Shown here: positions 47,994 through 56,379 of the stretch, piece by piece
How positions within the stretch are numbered: position 1 is the first letter of the stretch
How the letters are laid out: each line of letters starts with the position of its first letter
Sequence record: PZ445446.1
Source: a phage
Strand: one strand, 5' to 3'
DNA: 64,000 nucleotides
Notes under the pieces: model-generated
What the model was told of the DNA's origin: nothing
Seen by the model: only the letters and a program-made list of their open reading frames with translations
Databases searched by the model: none
Program-made: the position numbers and the translations under genes

Positions 47994-48392
47994 ATGAAAA
48001 CCACTACCTTTAATTTTGATAATGCGGACTTTTCTTTTTCTGATGTCAAGAACTGCCGCCGTGATCGTGGATTTTACAAGGCTTATAATCTGGTGGGCCT
48101 GGACGATGACAATAATTTGCACGAAGTAGCTGAGATCCGGTATTATGCCGCCGCCAGTGGTAACACTCACTACTGCGTGTTTTGGATTCACGACAACAAG
48201 AACAATAAGTACGGTTATACTGGCGGCAAGGCGAGCGGTCACGGTTACGATAAAGCTAACGCAGCACTTGAGAGCGCATTAAATGCTATGGGGATCACTG
48301 CCGACGGCTGGATCTACGAAGAAGAGTTTTTGTCGGCACTTGCTGACCACCTGGGCTATAAAAAGCACATTGTGACATGCGCCCACGAATAA
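47994..48392 (+). CDS. hypothetical protein
   Basis: 132 aa; AAGAGGA RBS after TTGACA-N17-TACACT promoter. Confidence 0.5.
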   Translation: MKTTTFNFDNADFSFSDVKNCRRDRGFYKAYNLVGLDDDNNLHEVAEIRYYAAASGNTHYCVFWIHDNKNNKYGYTGGKASGHGYDKANAALESALNAMGITADGWIYEEEFLSALADHLGYKKHIVTCAHE

Positions 48393-48398
48393 AAATCA

Positions 48399-48426
48399 TT
48401 GACACGCTGCAAAATTTAAGTAAACT
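48399..48426 (+). promoter_or_regulatory. sigma70-type promoter TTGACA-N16-TAAACT with leader hairpin
   Basis: Followed by GGCGGGAA/TTCCCGCC hairpin (about 48437-48455) before ATG 48476. Confidence 0.5.
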
Positions 48427-48475
48427 AGACACAAAAGGCGGGAATGTTTCCCGCCAGCACAAAGGAAAAAAGATC

Positions 48476-48871
48476 ATGAATAAGAACGTACGCCGCATCA
48501 TGAACGAACTGGCAAACGATGAAAAAATTATTGACATGCATTTAGTCAACATTTGCCGCCGTTGTGTAACATATAACAACCGCGCCGCAAAAGCGCGTGA
48601 GATGAACGCAAAAGGCACCTTAAAGCCCTTTCAGGTGGTTGTAAAATCTATAACCAGTGCAGCAGGCCAGGCGCATGACCACAACAACGGGAGCACTAAT
48701 ATTGATCCGTCTTACGTAATGAAACGGATCCGGACTTGCAAGAATAAAGAGCAGGTGTATAATGTCATAGACTGGTTGGATTCTATGGGCGATGTGGTTT
48801 ACAATAGGTTTTCTGCAGCTATCGAGATCCAGCTTGACAGGTTGGACGGTAAAGTACTGAAAACTTACTAA
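48476..48871 (+). CDS. hypothetical protein
   Basis: Internal ATG chosen because track start 48377 overlaps promoter and leader hairpin. Confidence 0.45.
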   Translation: MNKNVRRIMNELANDEKIIDMHLVNICRRCVTYNNRAAKAREMNAKGTLKPFQVVVKSITSAAGQAHDHNNGSTNIDPSYVMKRIRTCKNKEQVYNVIDWLDSMGDVVYNRFSAAIEIQLDRLDGKVLKTY

Positions 48872-48919
48872 GATTATTTTTAGATGGCCTTGACTTCAGG
48901 GCCATCAATAAAGTAAACT
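48872..48919 (+). repeat. 48-bp inverted-repeat element, copy 1 (GATGGCC-N10-GGCCATC with embedded TTGACT-N18-TAAACT)
   Basis: Starts at stop codon of 48476-48871; near-identical to copies at 49503 and 53243. Confidence 0.7.
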
Positions 48920-48951
48920 AATCCCAGTTAAGCGAAAAAGGAGGCTTGAAG

Positions 48952-49071
48952 ATGAGCACTACACGCCAACACACAAAGGTAACGATTATCGTTTGCATCA
49001 TTGGTTACATCCTGGCGCAAATGTTGATGGGTAGCGCCAATGATTTCGCAAAATTTTTCTTAGACTTTTAA
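48952..49071 (+). CDS. small hydrophobic peptide (39 aa)
   Basis: ATG after AAAAAGGAGG RBS, downstream of repeat element 1; hydrophobic core TIIVCIIGYILAQMLMG; absent from track. Confidence 0.35.
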   Translation: MSTTRQHTKVTIIVCIIGYILAQMLMGSANDFAKFFLDF

Positions 49072-49099
49072 TTGACAAGCTAACTTAAATCAGTATAAT
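49072..49099 (+). promoter_or_regulatory. sigma70-type promoter TTGACA-N16-TATAAT with leader hairpin
   Basis: Consensus hexamers; GGGAAAACTTCCC hairpin in leader before ATG 49152. Confidence 0.6.
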
Positions 49100-49151
49100 A
49101 CTAAGCACATAAACGGGAAAACTTCCCAGAACACCAAAAGGAGAAAACATT

Positions 49152-49502
49152 ATGAATACTTCCATCACTATGACCGCCGAAGAAAAAGCCCTGCAGATCG
49201 CCGCTCTGAAAAAACAGATTGCAGAACTTGAAGACAAGATCGACAATTTTGAAATCGACGAAGACAAGTACGACGATAAATATGATGAATGGTTAGACGA
49301 GATCTACGGCGAAATTATGATCGGAAACATTTCTTTTCTTCCGTCGCGTATCCTCAAGGAGCTAGATCCTATCGCTTACCGCTGCGGATTTAGCGACTAC
49401 ATCGACAGCCTGGATATTGAGGACGATGAAGAATACCAGGAATTACAGACAGAGTTAGAAGAAGCAAAAGAAGAGCTTGCAGAACTGGAAGAAAACGAGT
49501 AA
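49152..49502 (+). CDS. highly acidic protein (DNA-mimic candidate)
   Basis: 116 aa; Asp/Glu-rich, coiled-coil-like ends; TTGACA-N16-TATAAT promoter upstream. Confidence 0.5.
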   Translation: MNTSITMTAEEKALQIAALKKQIAELEDKIDNFEIDEDKYDDKYDEWLDEIYGEIMIGNISFLPSRILKELDPIAYRCGFSDYIDSLDIEDDEEYQELQTELEEAKEELAELEENE

Positions 49503-49550
49503 GATTATTTTTAGATGGCCTTGACTCCAGGGCCATCAATAAAGTAAACT
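49503..49550 (+). repeat. 48-bp inverted-repeat element, copy 2
   Basis: Immediately after stop of 49152-49502; identical core to copy 3. Confidence 0.7.
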
Positions 49551-49591
49551 TTATACTGTTAACACTGAACTAATGCATAGGAGTTAAAACC

Positions 49592-49837
49592 ATGGCAGCA
49601 CTAATCACCAAATATTATGCCCCTACCAACACCAAAAGCGCCCGTATCATGGTAAAAGGCTTCGGACGTAAAAAGGTGTACACCTGGGATTATGCCTTAG
49701 ACACGGAAGACAACTACACCAACGCGATGACCGATTTTATTAATGATCTGAACACGCGGATCTTGACAAATTATAAAATTACCGATATTGCCTATATAGG
49801 GGAAGGCGGGATCTGTTTTGTCGGTATCGTCAAATAA
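49592..49837 (+). CDS. hypothetical small protein
   Basis: 81 aa; downstream of repeat element 2. Confidence 0.5.
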   Translation: MAALITKYYAPTNTKSARIMVKGFGRKKVYTWDYALDTEDNYTNAMTDFINDLNTRILTNYKITDIAYIGEGGICFVGIVK

Positions 49838-49845
49838 GCTGTTTT

Positions 49846-49892
49846 TTCGGTGGTCCTGGTAGCAGGGCCATCTATAAAGATAGTTTATCAAT
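49846..49892 (+). repeat. degenerate fourth copy of inverted-repeat element
   Basis: ggtggtcctggtagcagggccatctataaagatagtttat keeps the 3' arm and AATAAAG-like tail but lacks TTGAC. Confidence 0.4.
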
Positions 49893-49912
49893 ACAATGAA
49901 AGGAGAAAGTAC

Positions 49913-50266
49913 ATGATCAGCGGGGCAAGTTTTATTATTGGCGCTATTGCTACGGCTTTAATTGTAAACAAGATCCAATCTAAAAACGAAAAAGATAGCA
50001 ACGCCCTTACAGAATACCCGTTTTGGGTATTCAACGACAATGAAGACTATATTATCAAGTACAAGAATGAGAAGGGCGACCAGGTAACACCGCGACCGAT
50101 CCCGGCTTACAAGATGCAAGAAACACTATACCGCCTAAAGGCTGGAGGCGCAAAAATCGTAGACTTTTGGGGATACGATCACACAGATCAGGAAGTTATA
50201 AAGCGCCGTATCCGGGCTATTCAGGCCAATATTGAAGTTAGCAAGGGGGGAATATATGAAGATTAA
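49913..50266 (+). CDS. membrane-anchored protein
   Basis: ATG after AAAGGAGAAAG; N-terminal TM (ISGASFIIGAIATALIV); track start 49850 trimmed. Confidence 0.45.
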   Translation: MISGASFIIGAIATALIVNKIQSKNEKDSNALTEYPFWVFNDNEDYIIKYKNEKGDQVTPRPIPAYKMQETLYRLKAGGAKIVDFWGYDHTDQEVIKRRIRAIQANIEVSKGGIYED

Positions 50267-50453
50267 TTTTGAGAAGATTGTAAAGCGATCTCATGCTTCC
50301 GAAGAGCTGCCGGAACGCCGCCAGCGCAACAATAAACTGAATAAGCCAAAAAGATTTGGGAAGATCTGGCGGAATCATTATGATCGCAAATTACCGGGCC
50401 TGCTTTTGGAACGTGAACGACAGGCGGAACGATACCGCCACAAAGGCAAATAA
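50256..50453 (+). CDS. hypothetical small basic protein
   Basis: ATG after AAGGGGGG; Arg/Lys-rich; followed by terminator. Confidence 0.35.
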   Translation: MKINFEKIVKRSHASEELPERRQRNNKLNKPKRFGKIWRNHYDRKLPGLLLERERQAERYRHKGK

Positions 50454-50462
50454 CAACCAACG

Positions 50463-50490
50463 CCCCGCCATTGTGCGGGGCTTTTTATTT
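50463..50490 (+). terminator. intrinsic terminator
   Basis: GCCCCGC-cattgt-GCGGGGC + TTTTTATTT. Confidence 0.65.
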
Positions 50491-50694
50491 CTATCCTACA
50501 AATAGCGCCCCTGGTTGGCCCTGTAAGCGCCAAAAAGGCCCCACCTATGCAATCGCCCCCCTTTAACCTGAAAACATCGCTTAGGGCCGTTTTATGGCGT
50601 TAAAAATATCATTGACAGTGATTTTATTTAAAGCTTGACATCTTAAACAGGTTAGCTATACTAACCACATCAAAGAGAGAAAGGAGTAAACGCC

Positions 50695-50943
50695 ATGCGT
50701 AAATTAAAAAATTTTGATAAAGTTGATGTTGTCCTGAATAATTTTTACTACTGCAACAACAAGGCCATTTGGTGGCGTGATAGTTCCACCGATAAAGTCA
50801 AGGCGCGCTTTCTCCAGGGGCACTGGCAAGGCCGCCCAGTGATTAAAATCATGGGGCAATTGGTAGCGTTTAAAAATTGCCGCCGTGTTGATGACGTTGA
50901 AGAGATCTTGAATATTTTACGCCACAATAATTTAAAAAAATAG
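50695..50943 (+). CDS. hypothetical small protein
   Basis: 82 aa; AAGGAG RBS. Confidence 0.5.
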   Translation: MRKLKNFDKVDVVLNNFYYCNNKAIWWRDSSTDKVKARFLQGHWQGRPVIKIMGQLVAFKNCRRVDDVEEILNILRHNNLKK

Positions 50944-50945
50944 TG

Positions 50946-50973
50946 TTGACAAGTAAATCTCAATAAGTATACT
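50946..50973 (+). promoter_or_regulatory. sigma70-type promoter TTGACA-N16-TATACT with leader hairpin
   Basis: Followed by GGCGGGAAGTTTTCCCGCC hairpin (50984-51002) before ATG 51031. Confidence 0.55.
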
Positions 50974-51030
50974 TAAGCACACAGGCGGGAAGTTTTCCCG
51001 CCACTAACAAAGAAAATAGGAGAAAATATC

Positions 51031-51654
51031 ATGACCACCGTTAACATTACCACAGGTTGCAATTTATCTTTCGACGTGCTGACCGATGAACAAAAAGAAA
51101 AAGCTATTGAAATGGTCCGCGAAAGAGAAGAACACAGCGGAGAGGATTTTTTCGCAGAAAGTGTAATTGAATATTATAAAGAACAAGTTTTTCCAGAGTA
51201 CGGCCTTGAAGATACCGATGTACATTGGTCCGGCTTTTGGTGTCAAGGCGATGGCGCGTCAATTAGTGCTGAAAATGTAGACTTAGAGAAATTCTTGCGT
51301 AAAGTCAAGGCCCTGACCAAGTTCCGATCAATTCGTCACTTGTTCGGAACAATGCACGATGGCGAACTATCAGCCAGTGTTGAACGCGACAAGTACAGCC
51401 ATTACAGCCATGAAAACACTGTAAGCGGATATATTGATACTACCTGGCTAGATCTGACCGCAAAACAAGAAAATAAAGTAGAAGATCTGGAAGAGCTGAT
51501 CACCGAGACGGTACGGGAGCTATCCCGCAAGGTTTATGTAGACCTGGAGGAGGCCTATCTTGAACAGTTTACTACCGAAAACCTGATCGGCCTTATTGAA
51601 GCCAATGATTGGCGGTTTGATGTGGATGAATATGGAGAAATGAGTTTTTCATAA
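51031..51654 (+). CDS. hypothetical protein
   Basis: 207 aa; promoter and leader hairpin upstream. Confidence 0.5.
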   Translation: MTTVNITTGCNLSFDVLTDEQKEKAIEMVREREEHSGEDFFAESVIEYYKEQVFPEYGLEDTDVHWSGFWCQGDGASISAENVDLEKFLRKVKALTKFRSIRHLFGTMHDGELSASVERDKYSHYSHENTVSGYIDTTWLDLTAKQENKVEDLEELITETVRELSRKVYVDLEEAYLEQFTTENLIGLIEANDWRFDVDEYGEMSFS

Positions 51655-51745
51655 ATAAAGTGTTGCAATAATCTAAAAACCTGCTATATTAAAACTTAAG
51701 GGGGAGAGATGACTTGCCCCCACACAAAACAAAGAGGAAAACATC

Positions 51746-52126
51746 ATGAAAAACACTACTAAAGCTATTGACACCGTTATGTTTAACCTGGTTACATTCC
51801 GTGAAGATATGAAAGATCTTCCACGTGAAACAGTGTGCGACCATATCGAAAACTATCGCAAACTAATCAAAGAGTTGCCTTTAAAACGTGACCAGTACGC
51901 GGCTAACGCTATGCTTAACGCCATGATCAAGAAAATGATTCAGTGCGATTTGACTTTAGCTTATGATTATGCAGGTGGTCGTTTTGCAGTATACAATCAG
52001 CCCGTGCCTGGTATGAGCACCACAGAAGAATTGCACGCGTTAAATCTAAAACAAGACGTATGGGATAACATGCCCCGCGTGGTGGTGTGGGCAGAAAGCG
52101 GAAAGATTTACGGCGATAATTTTTAA
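51746..52126 (+). CDS. hypothetical protein
   Basis: 126 aa; AGAGGAAAA RBS; terminator downstream. Confidence 0.5.
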   Translation: MKNTTKAIDTVMFNLVTFREDMKDLPRETVCDHIENYRKLIKELPLKRDQYAANAMLNAMIKKMIQCDLTLAYDYAGGRFAVYNQPVPGMSTTEELHALNLKQDVWDNMPRVVVWAESGKIYGDNF

Positions 52127-52135
52127 TCAGGTAAC

Positions 52136-52163
52136 AGGCGGCATATTTGCCGCCTTATTGTTA
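52136..52163 (+). terminator. intrinsic terminator
   Basis: AGGCGGCA-tatt-TGCCGCCT + TATTGTT. Confidence 0.55.
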
Positions 52164-52190
52164 AACAGAACTGCAAAAGAGGTACATAGA

Positions 52191-52562
52191 ATGGAATTTA
52201 TTATTTTGGCTGTAGTAGTTGCCTTGTTCAACGCCTGGATCGCTGGCAAGATGGGTAGATCCGCTTTTCTATGGTTTGTTATATCTATTTTCCTGGGAGT
52301 GGTTGCAACTATTGTATTGGTTATCCTTGCAATTGTTGACAAGGGGAATAATAGAAAGGGTAAAGTATTTTCAGACCTGTACGACGCTCAAACGTTTGTC
52401 AACGCCTATTATAGTGATCTTCCAGTCTCCCTACGCTGCAGCCTGGCACAACAGGTTTTTGATGAGGCTAAAACCAGAGACCAAGCCCATGAGATATGTT
52501 TAACTGAGGCGGATCGCCTATTTGAGAGGAATAGAAAATATGTGGACCAGCCGTTTAAATAA
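52191..52562 (+). CDS. membrane protein
   Basis: ATG after AAGAGG; two hydrophobic helices; track start 52158 trimmed. Confidence 0.45.
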   Translation: MEFIILAVVVALFNAWIAGKMGRSAFLWFVISIFLGVVATIVLVILAIVDKGNNRKGKVFSDLYDAQTFVNAYYSDLPVSLRCSLAQQVFDEAKTRDQAHEICLTEADRLFERNRKYVDQPFK

Positions 52563-52761
52563 TGCCACGTTAATTAACCCCTTTAGTGAAGATTTGAAGC
52601 CAGCCGCCTGGCGGGATGGATTCAATAACGAAAGCTTTATTTTCAGGCCTGATCTTAAGGAATTTTATAACAATGGATCGAACAACGACAGAGATAATTT
52701 TTCTTGTAATGTGCGTGGTGATAATACTCCTGGGGGCCATTGCAAACCACGTCACTGCTAA
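52540..52761 (+). CDS. hypothetical small protein (uncertain)
   Basis: ATG after GAGAGGA, overlaps upstream gene 3' end; alternative frame 52616-52798 also open. Confidence 0.3.
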   Translation: MWTSRLNNATLINPFSEDLKPAAWRDGFNNESFIFRPDLKEFYNNGSNNDRDNFSCNVRGDNTPGGHCKPRHC

Positions 52762-52781
52762 CAGGAGGAAAGGGGGAGACG

Positions 52782-52901
52782 ATGACACCCAAGGATAAGC
52801 CCCGCACCGATAAGGCGCGCCGTGTTATGGTATGGCTTGAGATCATCGCCCTTGAAATATTGTTAGGCGTAGGGATGTATTTTATCGCTGTAAGTAACTG
52901 A
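52782..52901 (+). CDS. small membrane peptide (39 aa)
   Basis: ATG after CAGGAGGAAAGGGGGAG RBS; hydrophobic WLEIIALEILLGVGMYFIAV; absent from track. Confidence 0.4.
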   Translation: MTPKDKPRTDKARRVMVWLEIIALEILLGVGMYFIAVSN

Positions 52902-53040
52902 TAACGGCCCCGATCCCTGGGGCCTAACTTTTCAAATTTTTTCTCCCTGAGTGTTGCAATCCGATCCAGAATATGGATAATAACAATCAACGGGGAGACA
53001 CTCCCCACCGCATAGACAAAGTTCCAAAAGGAGAAACAAA

Positions 53041-53241
53041 ATGAGCAACAATATCCGCGTTATTAACTTCAAAAAAGAAGAAAAAATTGCCGTGCTGATT
53101 GACGGTCAAGAAATCTTTAAAGGTGATTATGAAGATCATCAAACGGCGATTAGTATCACTCGCGTGATTGGTTACCATAATTTTTACCCTCAAGGCGCTG
53201 AGGCAGCAGTAAAACGAATTAAAGAGATTGTAGGCCTGTAA
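53041..53241 (+). CDS. hypothetical small protein
   Basis: 66 aa; AAGGAGAAA RBS; followed by repeat element 3. Confidence 0.45.
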   Translation: MSNNIRVINFKKEEKIAVLIDGQEIFKGDYEDHQTAISITRVIGYHNFYPQGAEAAVKRIKEIVGL

Positions 53242-53242
53242 A

Positions 53243-53290
53243 ATTTATTTTTAGATGGCCTTGACTCCAGGGCCATCAATAAAGTAAATT
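53243..53290 (+). repeat. 48-bp inverted-repeat element, copy 3
   Basis: Immediately after stop of 53041-53241. Confidence 0.7.
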
Positions 53291-53332
53291 TAAACCCTGT
53301 TAAAATAATCAGTGCAAAAAGGAGTAATGATC

Positions 53333-53632
53333 ATGTTTATCCAGGCTAATAATCTTTATTTCTTTGATGGTCAGATCGTAGACGGCGTGGAGGTGGAAAT
53401 CACCGGGTGCCCTGGCGGTCAGGTTATGACTTTTCGGAATAATGCCTTTGATGATTCTCATATCGTTATGAGAATGGAAGTTAGTAAGCTGGATGACAAG
53501 AAAACACTTATCGACTATTCCGTCAAAGATCATCCAGACTACCACATGATCTATGGTGATTTGTGCATTGTTGACCGTGACAAGGTGGGCGGCATTGTGA
53601 TCGCTATTGTGAACGATGTTTTCTCAAACTAA
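53333..53632 (+). CDS. hypothetical protein
   Basis: ATG 8 nt after AAAGGAG; downstream of repeat element 3. Confidence 0.45.
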   Translation: MFIQANNLYFFDGQIVDGVEVEITGCPGGQVMTFRNNAFDDSHIVMRMEVSKLDDKKTLIDYSVKDHPDYHMIYGDLCIVDRDKVGGIVIAIVNDVFSN

Positions 53633-53649
53633 TTTCAGCAGGTGATTTT

Positions 53650-54000
53650 ATGAAAGTAAAACTATATTACCTTAATGAGCTTAACCCCCTTGCCCAGGTC
53701 CGCGCCCTGGCTAATACCTTGATTTGTGAGAAATCTGTATATTGTGTTGAGCTTAACGCCATGCGTGAACGTCTCAAAGGTGGTTACTTTGACATCCATG
53801 CTGCAATCAACGGCCTGAATATGGAATTTATCCGCTTACGTAACAGCCGCCAGAATCTGGCAAGAATGGAACAAGATCCGGCCCACCTTCGTAAGCTGGT
53901 TATTGAAAATCATCTGATGTTTAATGCCGATGGTGATTATTACCATTTTCACCGCAAACGCTGGTACCGTGGCGGCAATACAGGCAAGAATGCAAAATAA
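53650..54000 (+). CDS. hypothetical protein
   Basis: 116-aa ORF followed by hairpins and terminator. Confidence 0.5.
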   Translation: MKVKLYYLNELNPLAQVRALANTLICEKSVYCVELNAMRERLKGGYFDIHAAINGLNMEFIRLRNSRQNLARMEQDPAHLRKLVIENHLMFNADGDYYHFHRKRWYRGGNTGKNAK

Positions 54001-54037
54001 GGCCCCAGGCAGGGCCTGCAGCGATATAATCACATAA

Positions 54038-54070
54038 AGGCTATGCGGTTGCATGGCCTTTATTATTTTA
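54038..54070 (+). terminator. intrinsic terminator
   Basis: AAGGCTATGC-ggtt-GCATGGCCTT + TATTATTTT. Confidence 0.55.
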
Positions 54071-54201
54071 GCGTTACAGCGGCCCCAAGGCGCTTAAAAA
54101 ATTTTTAAAGAAGTACTTGCATCAAGTCCTACAATATGGATAATAGGACGTGTCAGGGGGGCGGCCCCCAATCATTAACCGGATAGATAGGAGTTAAAAT
54201 C

Positions 54202-54486
54202 ATGGCTATTGTCACCGTTGGCGATGTAGTGGAAATGGAAGCAAAATACTTAAAAGCGGGTATGCATATCCTACGGAATGATCAAGAATTGTTATTAACG
54301 ATGGTAGACTATAATCCCGGCCAGGATTATCCAAGCATCGACTACTTTTTTGAGTATGTTGATGAAGAATTGAAAGAGGATGAGGCTTATCAGGGTGAAT
54401 TCTGCAATTTCTTTTGCCCTGATGAGGTTGTAAAAGTTATCTATCAACCTGGAGTACCTTTCCCGCTGCACGCTATCAATAAATAA
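54202..54486 (+). CDS. hypothetical acidic protein
   Basis: 94 aa; TAGGAG RBS. Confidence 0.5.
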   Translation: MAIVTVGDVVEMEAKYLKAGMHILRNDQELLLTMVDYNPGQDYPSIDYFFEYVDEELKEDEAYQGEFCNFFCPDEVVKVIYQPGVPFPLHAINK

Positions 54487-54540
54487 ACCTGGTGGGGCCG
54501 AAAAGGCCCCAATTATGAAAATAAAGAGAGGTAAATCATC

Positions 54541-54774
54541 ATGATGGAACAAATTAAACGCGCTGAGTCTATTAATGGCAATGTGATCTATTTTGTCAGC
54601 AAAAACGAAAAAGGCGTACCATATGCGGCGGTAATAGTACAACCTGACGGCGATTATTGGTTTACTGTGTACGGCGCTTATTCTTTTGGGCGTCCGGTGC
54701 ATGATAGAATTTTGAAAGTAGCGAACCCTACCGGGAAAAATATTACAGCAGAAAAATTTTTTGAAAATAGTTGA
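54541..54774 (+). CDS. hypothetical small protein
   Basis: 77 aa; AGAGAGG RBS. Confidence 0.5.
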   Translation: MMEQIKRAESINGNVIYFVSKNEKGVPYAAVIVQPDGDYWFTVYGAYSFGRPVHDRILKVANPTGKNITAEKFFENS

Positions 54775-54798
54775 CATGACCATATAAGACTGTAGAAT
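54771..54798 (+). promoter_or_regulatory. sigma70-type promoter TTGACA-N16-TAGAAT
   Basis: Overlaps stop of 54541-54774; leader hairpin GGGGCaacaaGCCCC follows. Confidence 0.5.
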
Positions 54799-54850
54799 AT
54801 AAATCAAAGGGGGCAACAAGCCCCACCAACCACAAAGAGGATAAAAAATC

Positions 54851-55030
54851 ATGGCTATTATTGCAAAGACTGAGATCGTAGGCTTAGATTCTATTCTCCT
54901 CGCATATGAGGAAGCTATAGAAATGTATGTGGTTTCCTATGGTGAATATATCCGTGAATATAAATCTATTGATCTGGCTTTTGAATGTTATATTCGCCAG
55001 GTTAATAAAGCGTACGATGATTATCGTTAA
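54851..55030 (+). CDS. hypothetical small protein (59 aa)
   Basis: ATG after AAAGAGGA, downstream of TTGACA-N16-TAGAAT promoter and GGGGC/GCCCC leader hairpin; below track cutoff. Confidence 0.45.
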   Translation: MAIIAKTEIVGLDSILLAYEEAIEMYVVSYGEYIREYKSIDLAFECYIRQVNKAYDDYR

Positions 55031-55120
55031 AATAGCTTGACAACAAACAACCATCTAACAAAGCATAATACATAAGGCGGTGGAATGGTCCGCCACCTGG
55101 AACAAGAAGAGGAAAACAAG

Positions 55121-55225
55121 ATGAAACAGAAATTAATTGATGCGGTGATCCTGGTTATTGCCCTGGGTATTGGCCTGATTGCAACCATGTCTAATATGAT
55201 CTTGTCTTCCAACGGTATCGGGTGA
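55121..55225 (+). CDS. small membrane peptide (34 aa)
   Basis: ATG after AAGAAGAGGAAAA; single hydrophobic helix; absent from track. Confidence 0.4.
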   Translation: MKQKLIDAVILVIALGIGLIATMSNMILSSNGIG

Positions 55226-55234
55226 GGTTGGCAA

Positions 55235-55450
55235 ATGATCACTAACAAAACAGGCAAAACAGAATTTTTACGCAACTTACAGATCGGCAAGCCTGAGATC
55301 TGGTATTGCACTAAAACACCACGTGACGAAATGAAAGACTTCACCGCCACGCTGCAACGGGTAAAGATATCCATCACGCAGAAAAAGGCCTTATTAGTGG
55401 TGGAAGGTGAGATCCCCCAAACCGTTGTTATAGTTGGGCGTACAGCATAG
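55235..55450 (+). CDS. hypothetical small protein
   Basis: 71 aa; GAGGT RBS. Confidence 0.45.
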   Translation: MITNKTGKTEFLRNLQIGKPEIWYCTKTPRDEMKDFTATLQRVKISITQKKALLVVEGEIPQTVVIVGRTA

Positions 55451-55541
55451 TTTAATTTATACCGATACCCGAAAATTAACCAACAAAGCATAAACAGGCG
55501 GTTACCGCCGCCTTAAACGTAGCAGAAAGAGGATAGACACA

Positions 55542-55826
55542 ATGAAAAAGATGATCGCAGTGGTTGCCCTGGTTGTTGGACTTAATGCGCCTGTAATGGC
55601 TAAAGAGCTGGCAAAAGAGGTTAATCTAACGGATATTCATGCCGTCAATCAAATAGGGGTTACTTATCGCTTATGCCTTGCCGCTAAAACTTTTAAGGAC
55701 GGCACGACAGAGTACTACGGATTCGAGGGTATCCGGTGCGGTGAGCTTGCTCGCGACCTTAAGGAAGATCCAGACCTGGAAGATCTGCCCATAACCGTGA
55801 ACGGGAAAACTTACGTAAACCGTTAA
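55542..55826 (+). CDS. secreted/periplasmic small protein
   Basis: 94 aa; signal-peptide-like N-terminus (MKKMIAVVALVVGLNAPVMA); AGAGGA RBS. Confidence 0.5.
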   Translation: MKKMIAVVALVVGLNAPVMAKELAKEVNLTDIHAVNQIGVTYRLCLAAKTFKDGTTEYYGFEGIRCGELARDLKEDPDLEDLPITVNGKTYVNR

Positions 55827-55828
55827 CC

Positions 55829-55963
55829 ATGAGAAAGATAATTATCACCTTGGGGATTGTGGCGGGATCGCTGGCGCTCTTTCCCCTTATGGTTAGATAT
55901 GTGCTGATCAGTATTGTCCTGATAGTCAGTGATCTATTGGAAACGGTTGGCACCTTGTTTTAA
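55829..55963 (+). CDS. small membrane peptide (44 aa, uncertain)
   Basis: Hydrophobic ORF right after upstream stop; weak RBS. Confidence 0.3.
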   Translation: MRKIIITLGIVAGSLALFPLMVRYVLISIVLIVSDLLETVGTLF

Positions 55964-55975
55964 AGAGCGGTAAAA

Positions 55976-56167
55976 ATGAATATCGAACAAGTTAGAAAGG
56001 TATTAGCAGTACTGCGTTATCATAATCATAGAAAGGTTATAGACGATCCTGATTATGTTGATTCAAGTCTGGAAGGGGATACACTGCAAGCCATAAGCAA
56101 CATGCAAGAATTGCTAAAGCGCATGACAGAGAAAAACCGACCGGACTACATAGGCGAAAAAATATAA
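55976..56167 (+). CDS. hypothetical small protein
   Basis: 63 aa; terminator downstream. Confidence 0.45.
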   Translation: MNIEQVRKVLAVLRYHNHRKVIDDPDYVDSSLEGDTLQAISNMQELLKRMTEKNRPDYIGEKI

Positions 56168-56226
56168 TCCTTATAAACTACAAAACAGGGCTTGCAATGG
56201 TCCTGTTTTTTGTTATACTTGTTTCA

Positions 56227-56273
56227 CGGCAGGCACCTGGCGACGGGGGGAGACAATCACCGGGTGTGCCTGC
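56227..56273. repeat. GC-rich structured repeat, copy 3 (inverted orientation)
   Basis: Reverse complement gives cacccggtgattgtctcccccc…ggtgcctgccg, matching copy 2; GGCAGGCAC/GTGCCTGC stem. Confidence 0.5.
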
Positions 56274-56295
56274 TATATAAAAATTATAAAAACCG

Positions 56296-56324
56296 TTGAC
56301 ATCTGCCAGGTGGTGGGGTAGCAT
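56296..56324 (+). promoter_or_regulatory. sigma70-type promoter TTGACA-N17-TAGCAT
   Basis: Upstream of ATG 56380; leader GGGGGCaaaaGCGCCC hairpin. Confidence 0.5.
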
Positions 56325-56379
56325 TTATCTCGAAGGGGGCAAAAGCGCCCACACAACAACCGGAAGAGAGGAAAACGCC

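Noticed and set aside
48872-53290. 48-bp inverted-repeat elements interpreted as simple rho-independent terminators
   Set aside because: No U-tract follows the hairpin on either strand (T-run precedes it on +); promoter/operator or processing-site interpretation fits better.
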